A stretch of 63,331 nucleotides of DNA, counting the filler, from Folioceros fuciformis (taxonomy: Eukaryota), in assembly GCA_049999805.1 (NCBI GenBank). It is 9 parts of 9 records of this genome, joined end to end, with 100 filler letters (N's around TTAATTAATTAA, not from the genome) between each part and the next. Parts side by side here need not be neighbours in the genome. Positions count along the whole stretch, not along the records: positions 22,603 to 41,512 come from JBNGIO010005810.1; 8 more parts are not named here. One strand, written 5' to 3'. How positions within the stretch are numbered: the first letter of the stretch is position 1; each line of letters starts with the position of its first letter. This document shows positions 25,601 through 38,582 of this stretch, piece by piece. The notes beneath the pieces are model-generated. The model worked only from the letters and a program-made list of their open reading frames with translations. It was not told the DNA's origin and made no database searches. The translations under genes were made by a program, and so were the position numbers.

Positions 25601-28600
25601 ATAAGTTACGTAAGAAGTTTGCCTTGAAGTCTAAGAGGCATATATTCATAGGATACACAGTAGGGATTCATGGGTATAAACTTTTAGATCCTACCACACA
25701 TAGAGTTGTGCATGCCCGGACTGTAGCTTTTGATGAGAGTGTTGTCCTTCGACCACCTTCTCACTCACCTGATGATTTCCTAGATCCAGATGCTGTTACT
25801 CTTGAGGAACCCCTTGCAGAGACAGACAGAGAGGTTAGTGAGTCTGATTTTGTTCATTTTCCTGATAGTGATCCTTCCTACCTTGATATTCCGAATGTAC
25901 AGCCTGCTGTCCAACCTCAAGTTCCGGTGCAGCACTTACCCTTACATGTCCCTGCTGTAGACCCAACTGTAGATCCACATGATCAGCCTGATTCTGTCCA
26001 TGTTGATGAGCAGCCAACTGTGCTACCAGGACCAGATGCTCATGATGATGAGTCTGTTTCTCCACCGCCTACTCCGCCTTCTCCATCTGTTGATAACCCT
26101 GAGTGGCCTGTAGATGATCCTGTGGAATATGTCATCCCTGTACCTCAGCCAGCACCTCCTCGTCGGTCTACTCGAGTTAGACGACCTCCTGACCAATGGG
26201 CTGATCCTCCCTATCGGAGTGAGGACTTTAGGAAAGTACCTAGACCAGTAGGTTCAGGTCCAGGGGAGGTAGTCATTGATGTGGTGGAGAGGGCCAATAT
26301 GATGGTGAATCCAGGCTATGAACCTCAGTCGTATCGTGAGGCTATCTCTGGTCCTGAAGCACATTTTTGGAAGCAAGCCATTCAGTCCGAATATGACAGT
26401 TTGATAGCCAACAAGACCTGGGAAATCTGCCCTCCGCCTCAGGGGAGGAAAATTGTTACCTCGAAGTGGGTCTTCAAGTTAAAATATAAGGCGGACGGCA
26501 GCATTTCGAGGTATAAGGCTCGGTTGGTCGCCCGGCCGGGGCTTCTCTCAGGTGGAAGGATTGGATTATCATGATACCTTTTCGCCTGTTGTGAAGTCTC
26601 AGTCTTTGCGGGTTCTCTTCTCTATGTCGGCGTTTTTCTCTCTGTTCATCCACCAGATGGATGTAAAAACCGCATTTTTGCATGGCAAGTTAGAAGAGGA
26701 CATTTTTATGCAACAACCAGAGGGCTTTGAGGTAGCAGGCAAAGAGAATCATGTGTGCAAGCTTCTTAAGACTATCTATGGGCTCAAGCAAAGTCCTAGA
26801 GCCTGGTACCAATGTATTGATGAATACTTGCTGGGTCTTACTTTTGAGAAGAGTACTGCTGATTCGAATGTTTATCATCTGGAAGAGCCCACAGGCTATG
26901 TCATATTAGCACTCTATGTCGACGACTGCATTTTGTTGGGCACTGACTTGGTACAGATTACAAAAGTGAAGGGACTCTTATCTGCTCGTTTTGACATGGT
27001 TGATGTAGGAGAACTGTCTTATTGTCTTGGAACACAGCTTTACCGTGATCCTGCGTCAGGCACTCTTACGATTCATCAAGAAAAATACATTTATGACATG
27101 TTATTTAAGTACAAATTGACAGATGCTAAGCCAGCTCTTACCCCTCTTGAGGCAGGCTGTAAGTTAACTAAGGAACAGTAACCTGTAACTGATGTTGAGA
27201 AGCGGGAAATGGAAGCAGTTCCCTATGCCCAGGCTGTGGGTTCTCTCATCTATTGCTCAAATAATAGCAGACCAGATATAGCTCTTCCTGTAAGCATGGT
27301 CTCCCAACACCTCAAGAGCCCAGGGAGAGCACACTGGTCAGCAACAAAGAGGATCCTACGCTATCTAAAGGGCACGAGTAAACATGGCATCAATTATACA
27401 AAGCAGGGCTATGATGATGAAGAGTTTACCCTTGTTGGTTATTGCGATGCCGACTGGGCGGCAGACCCAGATACGAGAAGGTCAGTCTCTGCCTACACAT
27501 TTCTACTTGCAGGAGGTGCCGTGACATGGTCATCGAAAAAGCAAACGACGGTGTCACTTTCATCGATAGAAGCAGAATACTCTGCTCTTACTCAAGCCTC
27601 CAAGGAAGCAATATGGTTGAGAAGGTTACTGGCTGATCTTGGACAGTCACAGAAGAACCCAACAGTGATATATTGTGATAACCAATCAGCTTTGGCATTG
27701 GCACAGAATCCTGTCTTTCACGCCCGGACTAAGCACGTCAAAGTTCACCATCACTTCATAAGGCATGCAGTCGAGACAGGCCAGGTCAAGCTTGAATATG
27801 TGCCAACAGATTCCAATGCAGCAGACATTCTCACCAAGAGTTTACCTAGGATGAAGCATAATCAACTTAAAGAGGCGTTAGGAGTGTTCAGTCCACGTCC
27901 TTTTTCCCACCTGTCCAGCAGAAATTAGTCATATGTGTCTGAGGAGCAGTGAGCAGACTTGTTCAGCACTTCACAGTGTCTTTCTACCTATTTCTGTTCA
28001 CCTCTGCAGGCCTAACACTACTCAGAGTTTTCAGAACTAGAGGGGGATAGGAATTTGGTTTTTCCTCTTTTGCTCATCTTCTGAAACTCCACGAAATTTG
28101 GGTCGAGGTTTGGAGTGTCTTCTTCTGAATCGTCTTCATTCTCGTCCATCCACAGTGTGCCTGTCTCCTCAGCCATTCTTTCTCGTGACACTGGACATGT
28201 GCAATCTTTGTCAGCAGCAGATCAAATCACATCAATAGTGAGCAGATATTCGATAAGCTGCTGGACTTACAGTAGCAGCGAAATAGAGCAGCATCAGTTT
28301 CTGCCATTCGCTTGATCACGACTGTCGGGATGCGAAATCTGGCGTGTCTCGCGAATCTGAAGAGCCTGGACTTGGAGAGGTGCCAGATGATCCACGGCGG
28401 TTGGTGCATGCCTCGGGGCTTACAGCGCTGGAGAGGCTCAACCTTGATTGATGCAGTTGAGCTCAGGAGCTGAAGTTTTGTAGCTGCTAAAGGGAGGCGA
28501 AGCTTCGAGAGTGTACCGGCACGGGGCTGCATGCGCTTGAGCAATTGTTGGTCACGCGGGTTTCCCGTTTCGTCATTCAGTTTCGCTCCTTATCTCTTTT

Positions 28601-28837
28601 TAGGCTTATAGCTGTATATACAATGAGAGGGGGTGTTAGAGTTATTAAATATTTCTTAAGTTACATTGTTATATCCTAGGGCTAGTTACTTACGTAAACT
28701 CTTGTGGCAGTTATTAGTTGTAACCGTTCATGGGACATGGACGCTATATCCTTGTTCCCCTACCAATGTAATATATCAGTTTTGCTTTGTTTCTCAGAAT
28801 GTTCTGCCCACCGATCTGATCCATTAAAAGCGCAACA
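22605..28837 (+). mobile_element. Full-length Ty1/copia element: LTRs 22605-22809 and 28634-28837, PBS 22810-22820, PPT 28625-28633, gag-pol 23416-27928
   Basis: LTRs differ by 1 substitution and 1 indel; 3' flank ATTAC matches the visible AC at the 5' flank; all gag/PR/INT/RT/RH motifs present; stops at 24046 and 27179, CCGG-duplication frameshift near 26533. Confidence 0.97.
22930..23391 (+). CDS. Extra ORF (153 aa, coiled-coil C-terminus) between PBS and gag
   Basis: ATG at 22930, stop 24 nt before the gag ATG; heptad-like VQNRLEYIEK...EISDLREQIARL. Confidence 0.55.
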   Translation: MRRKHPCRQSWPEFDKAKQRRSDFERLYFKKIASSAEIRDRARFLDAFLASHISANSRASSSDCGHKQQNLERLAIPHRNTSRPEVFTERQAILNSILNIKSTTLEYTARIDAVQNRLEYIEKQRVSDLMTMAKQETEISDLREQIARLSLLH

Positions 28838-29250
28838 ATTACAAACATGACTGGAGGAATGGTGGCCAGCAAGTGGCTTACTTGCCCCTCAATCTTCACG
28901 GGAGCATAGAAGTGGACACCATTACATTAGTTGTCCATAGGTGTTCACATGCTCTTTATAGTTGATTATTGACCATAGACAAGTGGATACTTGGCCGGAC
29001 ATCGACCCGGAAGAAGAGGAGGCTATTCTCGACCTATCAGAACCATTCTTGCCAGCAACCCTAAACCTCCTACTTGTGAGATGTATTATTGGGGGATAGC
29101 ATGGGGGACCCATGTGTGGACAAGTTACATGTGGTTACCTCACAGGTACAGTTGGCTCTTCAACGGGTCCAACCTCCTCCAACACCGGATGGGCAACCAA
29201 CTCTTGGGGCTATTAGTCAGTCCATTGTGAAATGGACACCACTTGCATCA

Positions 29251-30200
29251 GGCCTAACAATGATGGAATTGTTTGGAGGCCTATGCACTAGACTTGAAGC
29301 TATGCTGCAGAATGGGTTGGTTGTGGCCAAGTACATTTATTGTGATAAGTGTCCAATAGCTAGAAGACTAGCTGCCTTTCGAATTCAAGGATTACACTCC
29401 CGGTTTTCGACACATTGCCACCCACTACTACAGCTACCATGTTCACAGCCCTTCCACAAGATGTCTAGTACATCCAAATTGGGCACATTCATCAGTTGTC
29501 ACTTATAGACATTGTGGTGGCTAGCTGGGAATGCCAAGGTTTTTCCTCGGCTGGTGCTAGAATAGGTCTGCAGGATCCATGGTTTGCTCTTTTTTTGGGA
29601 GCTTCGACGCATCTTGGCCTGGGTTCAAACTCACAACCCAAGCTATGCTTACATCTTGGAGAACACACCAGCCCAACTGGATTCTCCAGCACAGGTGTGC
29701 TAGGACATGGTTGTAGTCCAACAACATGTGGGGGTGCCATTGTTGCTTGATGCTACACAAGCAGGAAGTTATGCAGATTGCTTGCGCAATTTTTGGACCA
29801 ACCTCGCACCTTTGCTTGTGCTTGAGTTAGTGTTGACTACTACTATTCGGGACCCATCGCTCAGCTTGCTCACAGTTTTGGACAGCCCCGACTAATACGT
29901 GCAATTGAGAAGAAGCCATGGTATAGCACAAATGTCCCGGGATAGCCACGCCGCACGCTTTCAACTCTTGTGACTTACCCTAGTTCCTATGCATATAGGG
30001 GGAAAGAGGCTGGCATGCTTTTGAACACAAATACACAGCAGTGGGAGGAACCAAGTGTGGAGGAACGTGAGCGCATGATGGGTTTTCAAACCCACTCCAC
30101 AATAGCCCCTCATGTTACAGTTAGCTAGCGTTGCTCAGCCCTGGGGCGTGTCATGGATCTCTCTACTGTCACATGGCTGGTAAGTGTGTGCCTAGCATTT
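29251..30200 (+). pseudogene. Decayed C5-cytosine DNA methyltransferase (DNMT3-like, non-permuted), probably retrotransposon-borne
   Basis: Motif I ELFGGL (29266), IV IVVASWECQGFS (Cys 29532), VI YILENT (29659), VIII RNFWTNL, IX/X EERERMMGF...R..LGRVMD; spread over several frames with stops. Confidence 0.82.
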
Positions 30201-31158
30201 CAACTCATGACTTGTATAGGTCCTCGTCCAACCCCACAATGTTCCAGCACCTACATTGCCGTTGCTATCCATCTACCGTACCCTAGCTACACCACTTGGT
30301 CCACTTGGCTTGATGCCAGGGGGGGGGACATGTGGCATGTGCTAAGCAACTTGTTTTTTTAGCATCAAGTCCTGGAGGAGACTAGAATTCAACATTCAGA
30401 GCTGCAAGGGCACACCCTTTGATTGAGACCTTTCTCTGAACAATGGGACCCAAGCTCATTGTGGAGTGGTTCTTACACCCAATAACCACTAAAAGGGCCA
30501 CACTTCCCCTTATTATCGTTGTAGTCCTATGATTCACTCCCAAGGGAGTGAACTAGTGTCAAGGTTACCTACAATTTTCCCACAATGCCTTAATCTGATC
30601 CTATCTATCAACCGGTTCCTAGCCCTGACCACACTACAACAAAAAAATCAGAATCCTTCACCCTATCTTCAACGCCAACCACAACAACAGCTGAATGAGA
30701 ACTCTAGCATCATCTTCAGCCCCCCCTTCCAGCTCCAAGTATCAGCTGCCTCAGCAGCTGAGAGGAGGCCCCCAGCCCTAGCCTCGGCCTCCACTCTCAG
30801 CCCTAAATGCCAGCCACCTCAAAAGTTGAATGAGCAATTCAGCACCTGAGCTCCTCACCTTAGCACACCAACTCCACACTCTAGCACTTCCACTCTCCAC
30901 TTCAGTTCTTCAGCCCTTCATTCCTTCACTCTCTCTCTTCACTCCTGGATTTTGGAACACAACAGCCCCTCACTTGCAGTCCTTGGGGCAAGGGTGTGTA
31001 GACCCAGGCTGTTAGAAATCAAGCTCTAATTGAATTGTTATTAAGAGCATACAACACTTAGGATAGTGTAGATTATCCCATATTGAACTCGTAGTTATCT
31101 ACCACCTAAGTGTTATCAGGATATACCAAGATATTGCACCCTTGAGACTAAGGCTTAC

Positions 31159-34100
31159 TGTGGAGTGATTTCTTGCACCCAAGAACCACCTAAGGGGCCA
31201 CACATTCCCCTATTGTCGTTGCAGTCCTATGGTTCGCTCCCAAGGGAGTGAACTAGTGCCAAGGAACACTACCTATCACACTTCTACCTATCAGTCGGTC
31301 TATAGGTCTGTCCATACACTCACAACAAAAGGGCTAGAAGCCTAGCCTACCCCCTAAGTCAGCTCACCCAACTCACACTTCTGTTCTTCAGTCCTCCAGC
31401 TCTTCTTGATTCCCACTTCAGCCACTTCCTCCTTACTTCAGTCTTCAAGATTCCCACTTCAGTCCCTTCCTCTTCACTTCAGTCCTCCAAGATTCCTACT
31501 TCAGTCCCTTCCTCTTCATTTCAGTCCTTCACCCCCCACTTCAACACACACTCCTACTCTTCAGGAGCTCACTCTTCACTTCTATGCATTCCACTCCAAC
31601 TCTTCCTCTCTTTTCTTTAGCTCTCCCCCCTGGAAATTAGGGCACAATGGCTTCACTTCTTGCAGCCTTCAAGCATAGTGTGGATCTAGGACTGGATAGC
31701 CCTTCAGCTCACGGTCCTGTTCCTTCACTTCAGCCAACCTGCGAATCATGTAGCCCTTGCGGATTCGGCCACACGAATCTTGATAGCCCCGGGATCCCCA
31801 CGTTCCCCTAGCGGCAAGGGGAATCAGGACTTTGGGTCAACCTCAACCGGCTCAACGCCCTAAGCTAGGAGTTCTACCCACAAAATCCGGGGACCTCACA
31901 CCATAGACCGCCCCCTCTCAATGGCAGGTCTCCCCTCTTATCTGCCTACCCTCTATCTCTGTCTACTAGGGTTAACCTGAATCAATTACCCTACCTCCTC
32001 TCTCTGACCTAACCAAATTCTGACCTAAACCTGACCTAGGTATGACCTAATCTGGATCTGACCTAAACCTAACCCAAATCTAACCTAGACCTAGCCTAAG
32101 TCTAACCCAGACCTAACCTAACCTAGGTCTGACCTAAACCTAACCTATCCTGACCTAGGTCTGACCTAAGCCTAACCTAACCTAACCTAGACCTAACCTA
32201 AACCTAACCTATCCTGACCTAGGTCTGATCTAAGCCTAACCTGACCTAGGTCTGACCTAAACCTAACCTAGACTTAACCTAACCTAGAATCCTAACTCTA
32301 ATCTACACCTGCTTCTAATTGCCCATTGCCCCTTGACACCGTTAGCTGCCCACAATTATCAGCCCGTCACATCTAGCAAAGATCAGGGGTGCCTCTCAAC
32401 ATCCCTCTCCTGTCTCGGGTCAAATCAACTCCCTCTGATTATCCTGCCTTCTTCCCCAAAGTCTCCCATCTTTAGGTCCTTCCCTCCATCCTGCTGGCCA
32501 CGGCCGGCCAAGACTCCTGGCCCTGCAACCTGCCCACCAAGCGCTCCTGAATAAGGAATCCGCCATCCTATCAACATAACCACCGCTGCGCTTCCCACCA
32601 TGAGTAGCACACCTAGGCTAGGCCTTCGGCCTACAAGCAACTAGGGTTGCTACTCATGGATGGAAAGCCAAGTGTCACTTATGTCCTTAGCGGACCACCC
32701 TCCAAGCTGCTTGACTGGTCTGCTGGACTGATGCCCTTGAGCGGATAACCCCAAGGCGTTGCGTCCTAGCATGGCACACACCATCCATCATCGCCCATCG
32801 CCGCAATTAGCATCCGGCCATCCACCTGTTGTAGCGAGTCAGTTCCAACCCACTAACTGCGGATGGCAAGCCGTATGCTAATTACGGTCACTGGCTGCCA
32901 TGGTACAGGGGATGAACTACCCTTGCCTTCGATGCTCGAGTGGGGCAGTCCACGCCCCCCCCAACGCCATCCCCACACCCTAAGATAGCCTGGCAGTACC
33001 TACCACCAGTGTTTTAGTGTCAGGCTGTCATCCTTAGAGTGTCCCTCGGGACACTCCCCTGTCTTCCCCCTGGGCACCCGCCTACTCGGCTGTTACAGGG
33101 GGAAGACGCCTACTCGGCTGTTAGGCCTACTGGCTGCCCAACCAGCCATCTGGCCAGTCTTCGGCTAATAGATCCGGTCGAGACCATTTTGTCCAGCCCA
33201 AAGGAACGACCATACAGGACCACCGATGGGGTCAGTTGATTTGCATTGCACCTGGTTTGACCAGGATTTGGAACAAACCGCTCTCCTTGGTTTGCAGTGC
33301 ACTAAGTGCAAGTCCGTCCGTGCCTGGGTGCTCTCGGATTCAACCGCTTGTCCTCAGCCACTGCTTGGATTCGGCTAGCACGCCGTGAATCTCCTAGCTC
33401 TGCTTCCAGCCAAACTGCGACTATCCCAACTGCTCGGTCTCTGGCTGATCAGGATTAGATCTAGTCAGCTCGCCTGGTTACCGAGTCACCTGCTATTTTC
33501 CTGATTCAGCTAGCTGGCCAGCCGACCAGACTCGACTGGCTAGCCTGCCTTTGCCTGGATCTGGCTAGGCGGCCAGCCCGTAGGCCGCCTACTGCCCGCT
33601 TGCAATTGGAGCGGGCTGGGTTGCTAACCAGACTCCTCACCACCATCTCCAGCCAGCAACCCCCTTGTTCGGCCAGCCATCACGGCTCATCTCGGTTGCT
33701 CGTGGCCGGCCATTCGCCTGGCTAAGACAGCTAGCCATGCCACTAGCCCAACCCCCCTCAGATCCACTTGTCTCGCTTGCCCAACCAGCTGGCCAGAGGC
33801 CCCTAGCTACCAGGTCGCCCCAGCCAGTGGATCCGCACCCCGATCGGCCCCTGACCGCCTAGCTGCTGCTCAGTAGCTGGTCGCTGCTAAGCCGGCCCCC
33901 CTGCTACTCGTCTTGCCAATCCAATTAGGCGCCCACTTGCCATGCTGATGGGCCAGGCTGCCTGCCTGCTTGCTGCCTGGCGGGATCCGCCTGCCAGCCT
34001 TTGCCCTACAGCCAGCCGGCCTGCTAGGCCCAACTAGGACCCAAGCTTGGATCCTACCTTGGCCTGCTACACCTGCGGATCCAACGCCGCTTGCCTGGCC

Positions 34101-36286
34101 TGGATCCAGTGCCACCGCCTGCCTCCAGCCACTGCCAACACGGCTAGCCGACCAGCCAGGCCGCCAGCCTGGCTACCGAATCGGGCAGCCAACTCGCTGC
34201 GTCCCGATCTGCCCCTTTAGGCGACTTCCTGGCTAGCGCTCCACCTGCCAGCCTTACCTACCAGCAGCACGGCGTGTAACAGCCCGAGGCCCGTCTACCC
34301 ATTCTGATTTCCACCCCTACCATGCTACCTATCTGTTGGTGACACCGATCCACCAGCCCCCCCGGCTAGCCCGTCTACCAAACCCGGATCGCCTGCAGCT
34401 TGGCCGCACCCCTTGTAGTGGCCCCAACTAGCCGATCAGCCAGAACGCTGCCTGGCTCCAGCCGTGGCTAGCCGTTTCACCAGCCACCAACTTCCCTGGC
34501 TCGCTCTTGGCTAGATCCGATGCCCACTCGGCCCAGTTCCGACTCCGAGTTGCTACAACCAACCCGACTGATCACTTTGCGAGATCTCGGCTACTTGACT
34601 AGCTTCAGGACCCGACCCTAGCTGCCAATGCCTGCTGCTGCCTGAGAGCTGGCCAAGCCGTTGCCTGGATTCGCCTTAGCCCGTACACCAGTCAGTAGGT
34701 TGCCTCCCCGGATCCACCTAGCGAGTCGGCTTGCTGGATCCGGCCTGTAAGGCCGCATCCAGCCCGCCACCAGCCAACATCTGAGGCCAGCCGCCCCGAT
34801 AGCCAGCTTTCCTGCTAGCTTGCCTCCGGCCTGAGCCTCCCTTGCTGGCCAGCACGGCTTGGATTAGCCCAAGGCTCGTATGGCTTCGTTCCAAAGCTGT
34901 CTCAGGCTGTCTAGCCTTGCCACTCTAGCTGCAGCCAGGCCGGCCCTTGTCTGGCTAAAACCAAACCCACCAGGCTTGCTAAGGCTTGGCTGCCTTCCCC
35001 GGCCAGGCGGCTACCTGGCTGCCCGACTGGATCTGCCTACCAGCCAGGCCACACACCGTCCTCCTGGCCAATTTGCTCAGGCCGCCCACCTGCTCGGCCT
35101 GCCTGTGTTGGGCTGGACCAGCCCCAGCCAGTCCGGCCAGCCTGCCTAGCTTCGGGATCTAGCCCTGTCCGGCCTGCCGGTTCCGTCTATCAGCCTGCAG
35201 ATCCTCCCCGGCCAGGATTCCCCTCAGCCAGCCAACCTGCTCCTGCTGTAGGCCGGGCTAGGCTGTCTGGCGATCCGGCGAGTATCTGCCTGCGTCCGGC
35301 CACGGGCTGTCCGCGCCGCTGGGGCGCCTGCCTGCTCTCTAGATCTGGCCAGGCATCCCACCCACGAGGCCGCTTGCTGTAGCCCCTAGCCAGCCCCCTC
35401 GTGATCCTGGCCAGGCAGCCATGGCCGCCTGGATCCCGACGCCGTGCTTGCTAGGTCACCCACCCGCCTGCTACCGGGTTGCCTGCCTGCAGCCATGCTA
35501 AGCTACCTCCCCGTAGCCGGATGTCCGTGCTGCTGGCCCAGCCCTTGCAAGAGCTCCTCTGCAACCCCTCCTCTCTGTAGCCGGGCCGCTGCTGGCCCGG
35601 TCCTCCTCTAGCTGGTTGGGTTCCAGCAACCCCGCCTAGTTGCCTACCTTGCCTCCTCCAGCGCTCCGGCGGCCTACTTGGCTGATTGCCTCGCAGCTCC
35701 GGCCCGGACCCTGGCCTGGGTCTGGCCATGCGGCCTGCCAGCAGCCAAGTCGCCTACATGGCTGCTGCCTACTCCTCCCTCGGCGAGCCGGCTGCCTGGC
35801 CTTGCCCAGGCCAAGTTAGCCGACTCGTGTGGCTAGCCGAACAGCCGGTCCATTACTTTCCCGGCTACCCTCCAACCTACTGACCCTGAGGCAACACTCC
35901 CCCTACCCGGCCATCTGGCTGGCTAACTTTCCCCAAACCTGATGCTCCCACAACCTTAGGCCCTCCATGCGTGACCGCCTGCTCTCGAGCCCTTGGTCCC
36001 AAGCACCGCTATCCCCGTCTCCCGCTTCCACCAGCATCGACCAAAGAGAGCCCCGCTCGCCTTCCATGACGTCCTAGGGTTTACTATTCCTCCATCACCT
36101 TACCCCAGGAACCAGAGCCCACGTCCTATCCACCACACAACCTACCTACCCTATCGACTCACCATCAATTTAGCTACTATTCTAACCTAATCTCCCCACC
36201 TTTCCTCTACAACACTCCCTCACAAATCCAAAAAAAACAGAAAACCTATCCTTTCCCAGGGGTCTATTCAGCATGTGGAGTCCACA
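31159..36286 (-). mobile_element. 5.1-kb solo LTR of the gypsy family with CTTAC TSD
   Basis: TGTGGA...TCCACA termini; CTTAC at 31154-31158 and 36287-36291, single CTTAC at the empty site in the host 3' LTR; minus-strand start matches the LTR at 5599. Confidence 0.9.
32000..32295. repeat. Degenerate CCTAA/CCTGA/CCTAG pentamer array inside the solo LTR
   Basis: For example CCTAACCTAACCTAACCTAGACCTAACCTAAACCTAACC. Confidence 0.9.
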
Positions 36287-38561
36287 CTTACCTTATTGAG
36301 GGTTGCCCTGCCTGAAGGCTATATATGTAGCATCCTGTGCACTATAAGGAATGAACTGTGGAGTCCATCTAAGCTTGTGGTGCTATTTCAACATGGTGTC
36401 AGAGCTAGAGAGAACGCCGGCGGCCATGGTGGCTATGGCGGGGGTTTGAGGCTATGGCCGTGAGCGTGAAGGTGGCTTGCAACGCAAGCCATTGAGAGGT
36501 GCAGCGGCGTAGGCGGCGTAGGAAGCCGCAACAGGCGCCACAGGCACAAGAGCGTGCGAGAGGCGCGAGAGGGAGAGAGACTTAGGAGGAGCAGCAACTA
36601 CTGGAGGCAACCAGGCTATGGAAGCCATAGCAGGCCCAAGATTTGCGAGGAGGAAGGCCTGAACTTGGCAAACAGTGTTCTGTTTTTTTGAAAGCTTGAG
36701 CAAAGGCTATTTTTGCTTAGCGAAGAGTCAGCTCCACATTCAAGAATTGTTGAGATCTGATTAAGGCCTATGGAGTGCTAGAGCTCTACAGCAGTGTAGG
36801 GAGTTGCACTCAAGATTGTCAAAAACATCTGTTGAAAGACGCATGAAAGTGTTTTGACAATCTGTCCACAAGGGGCTTAGTGGCACAGCAAGCAAGAGAA
36901 GGCAAATGAGGGTGAACACAGGTGATGAGAGTGAACCGGAGATGGATCATACTCCATCACAGGAGCAAAAGACTGCTCACAAGCATTGGATTGAGAGAGC
37001 ATGTAAAGTGTTACACTGGCTCTCCTCAAGTATTTCAGATGCTATGGTCATACAGATCACGGGATGTGAGTCTCTGAAGGATGCATGGGACATACTCATG
37101 AGGAACTATGGGAATGTCACACATGCTAGGAAAATCCAGTTGAAGCAACAGTTCAACAACTTGTCACAAGGTAGCAAATCCATACTCGTGTATACAACAG
37201 AGGTGAAGACCATAGCTCATCAGCTTGCTATAATCGGTGCAAGTGTGACGGAAGATGACATGGTTACAGTTACTCTGAACGGACTTGGCAAGGAATATAA
37301 GTCCTTTGACACATCAATCTCTGTGAGAGCCGAGTCCCCAAGTTGGGATGAATTGGTTGCTTTGTTGCTGCATGAGAAAGTTAAGCTTGGTCTAAACACA
37401 GGTTCAGGTATGTCTCAAGGGAGAGACACTATTTTGTTTTCTAACCAGCGTGGGAGAGACCACAGAGGTCTGGTTCATTCCGAGGACGGGGTGATGCTCG
37501 GAACACGCAGAATCAACAAGACAATTGGCGTGGAGGAAATGCCCAAGGCCAGAGTGGATGTGGAAGGTTTAGAGGCGCAGGTAGAGCCACAAGAGGAAGA
37601 GATGGTTCTTTTCAATCTCATGACCATTCCAATACAGACAAGGAGAGTTACTACTGTGGAAAGGTTGGTCATATTGGTAAGGACTGCTATAAGCAACAAG
37701 CAGACATGAGAGGAAAAGGAAGGCAGCATGGGAACTATGCCTCCTCTAGTAATGCTGGAAATGACCAGGATAGGTTGTTTGCCATGCAACATCTCTCTGA
37801 ACAGTATGGGCAAAATGATGAGAGATGGTACATTGATTCAGGAGCATCAAACCACATGACGAGTGGTTTAACAAGATGGATGCAAGTCCCCATGGTCATG
37901 TGTGTACAGGAGATGACACACAACATGACATAAAGCACAAAGGAATTATTCCTCTTAGGATGCTGAATGGTCAGCAGAAGAGTCTGCAAGATGTGTTGCA
38001 TGTTCCAACCATTACGAAGAACCTGTTGTCTGTTGGACAAATGGCTGAACGAAATCTGCAGGTTCAATTCAATAAAGATGGATGCTTTATTGAAGAATAT
38101 GATAGAGGGCACAAACTGATTGCTAAAGGTAGTAGGAATGGATGGATGTTCACTCTGGATGCATCCATTCCAGAGCTAAATGCAGCAATGTTTACAAATG
38201 ATGTAGGTGCCATACGTGATGTTGAAATATGGCATAAGAGGATTGAGCATGTGAACATAGAGAAGCTAAAATCTATGCAATTGAAAAGCGTGTTGGAAGG
38301 ATTGCCCAAGTTCAAGTATACTGATCTTGGTCATGTTTGTTATGCATGTCAATTTGGAAAACAGTCAAGGTTTCTATTTGTGCGACACGTGCAAAACAGC
38401 TCAAGACCTTTGCAATTGATACACTCTGATGTATGGGGTCCTTCACAGAATGCATCGTTTGGAGGAGCCCACTACTATGTCTCCTTCATTGATGATTTCA
38501 GCAGGTACAAGTGGCTGTACATACTGAAGCATAAGGATGAAGTGTTCGAGTCTTTCAAGGA

Positions 38562-38582
38562 CCCTTAACCCTAAACCCTAAA
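38562..38582. repeat. Short interstitial telomeric tract CCCTTAA-CCCTAAA-CCCTAAA
   Basis: Sits exactly at an integrase deletion junction. Confidence 0.8.
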
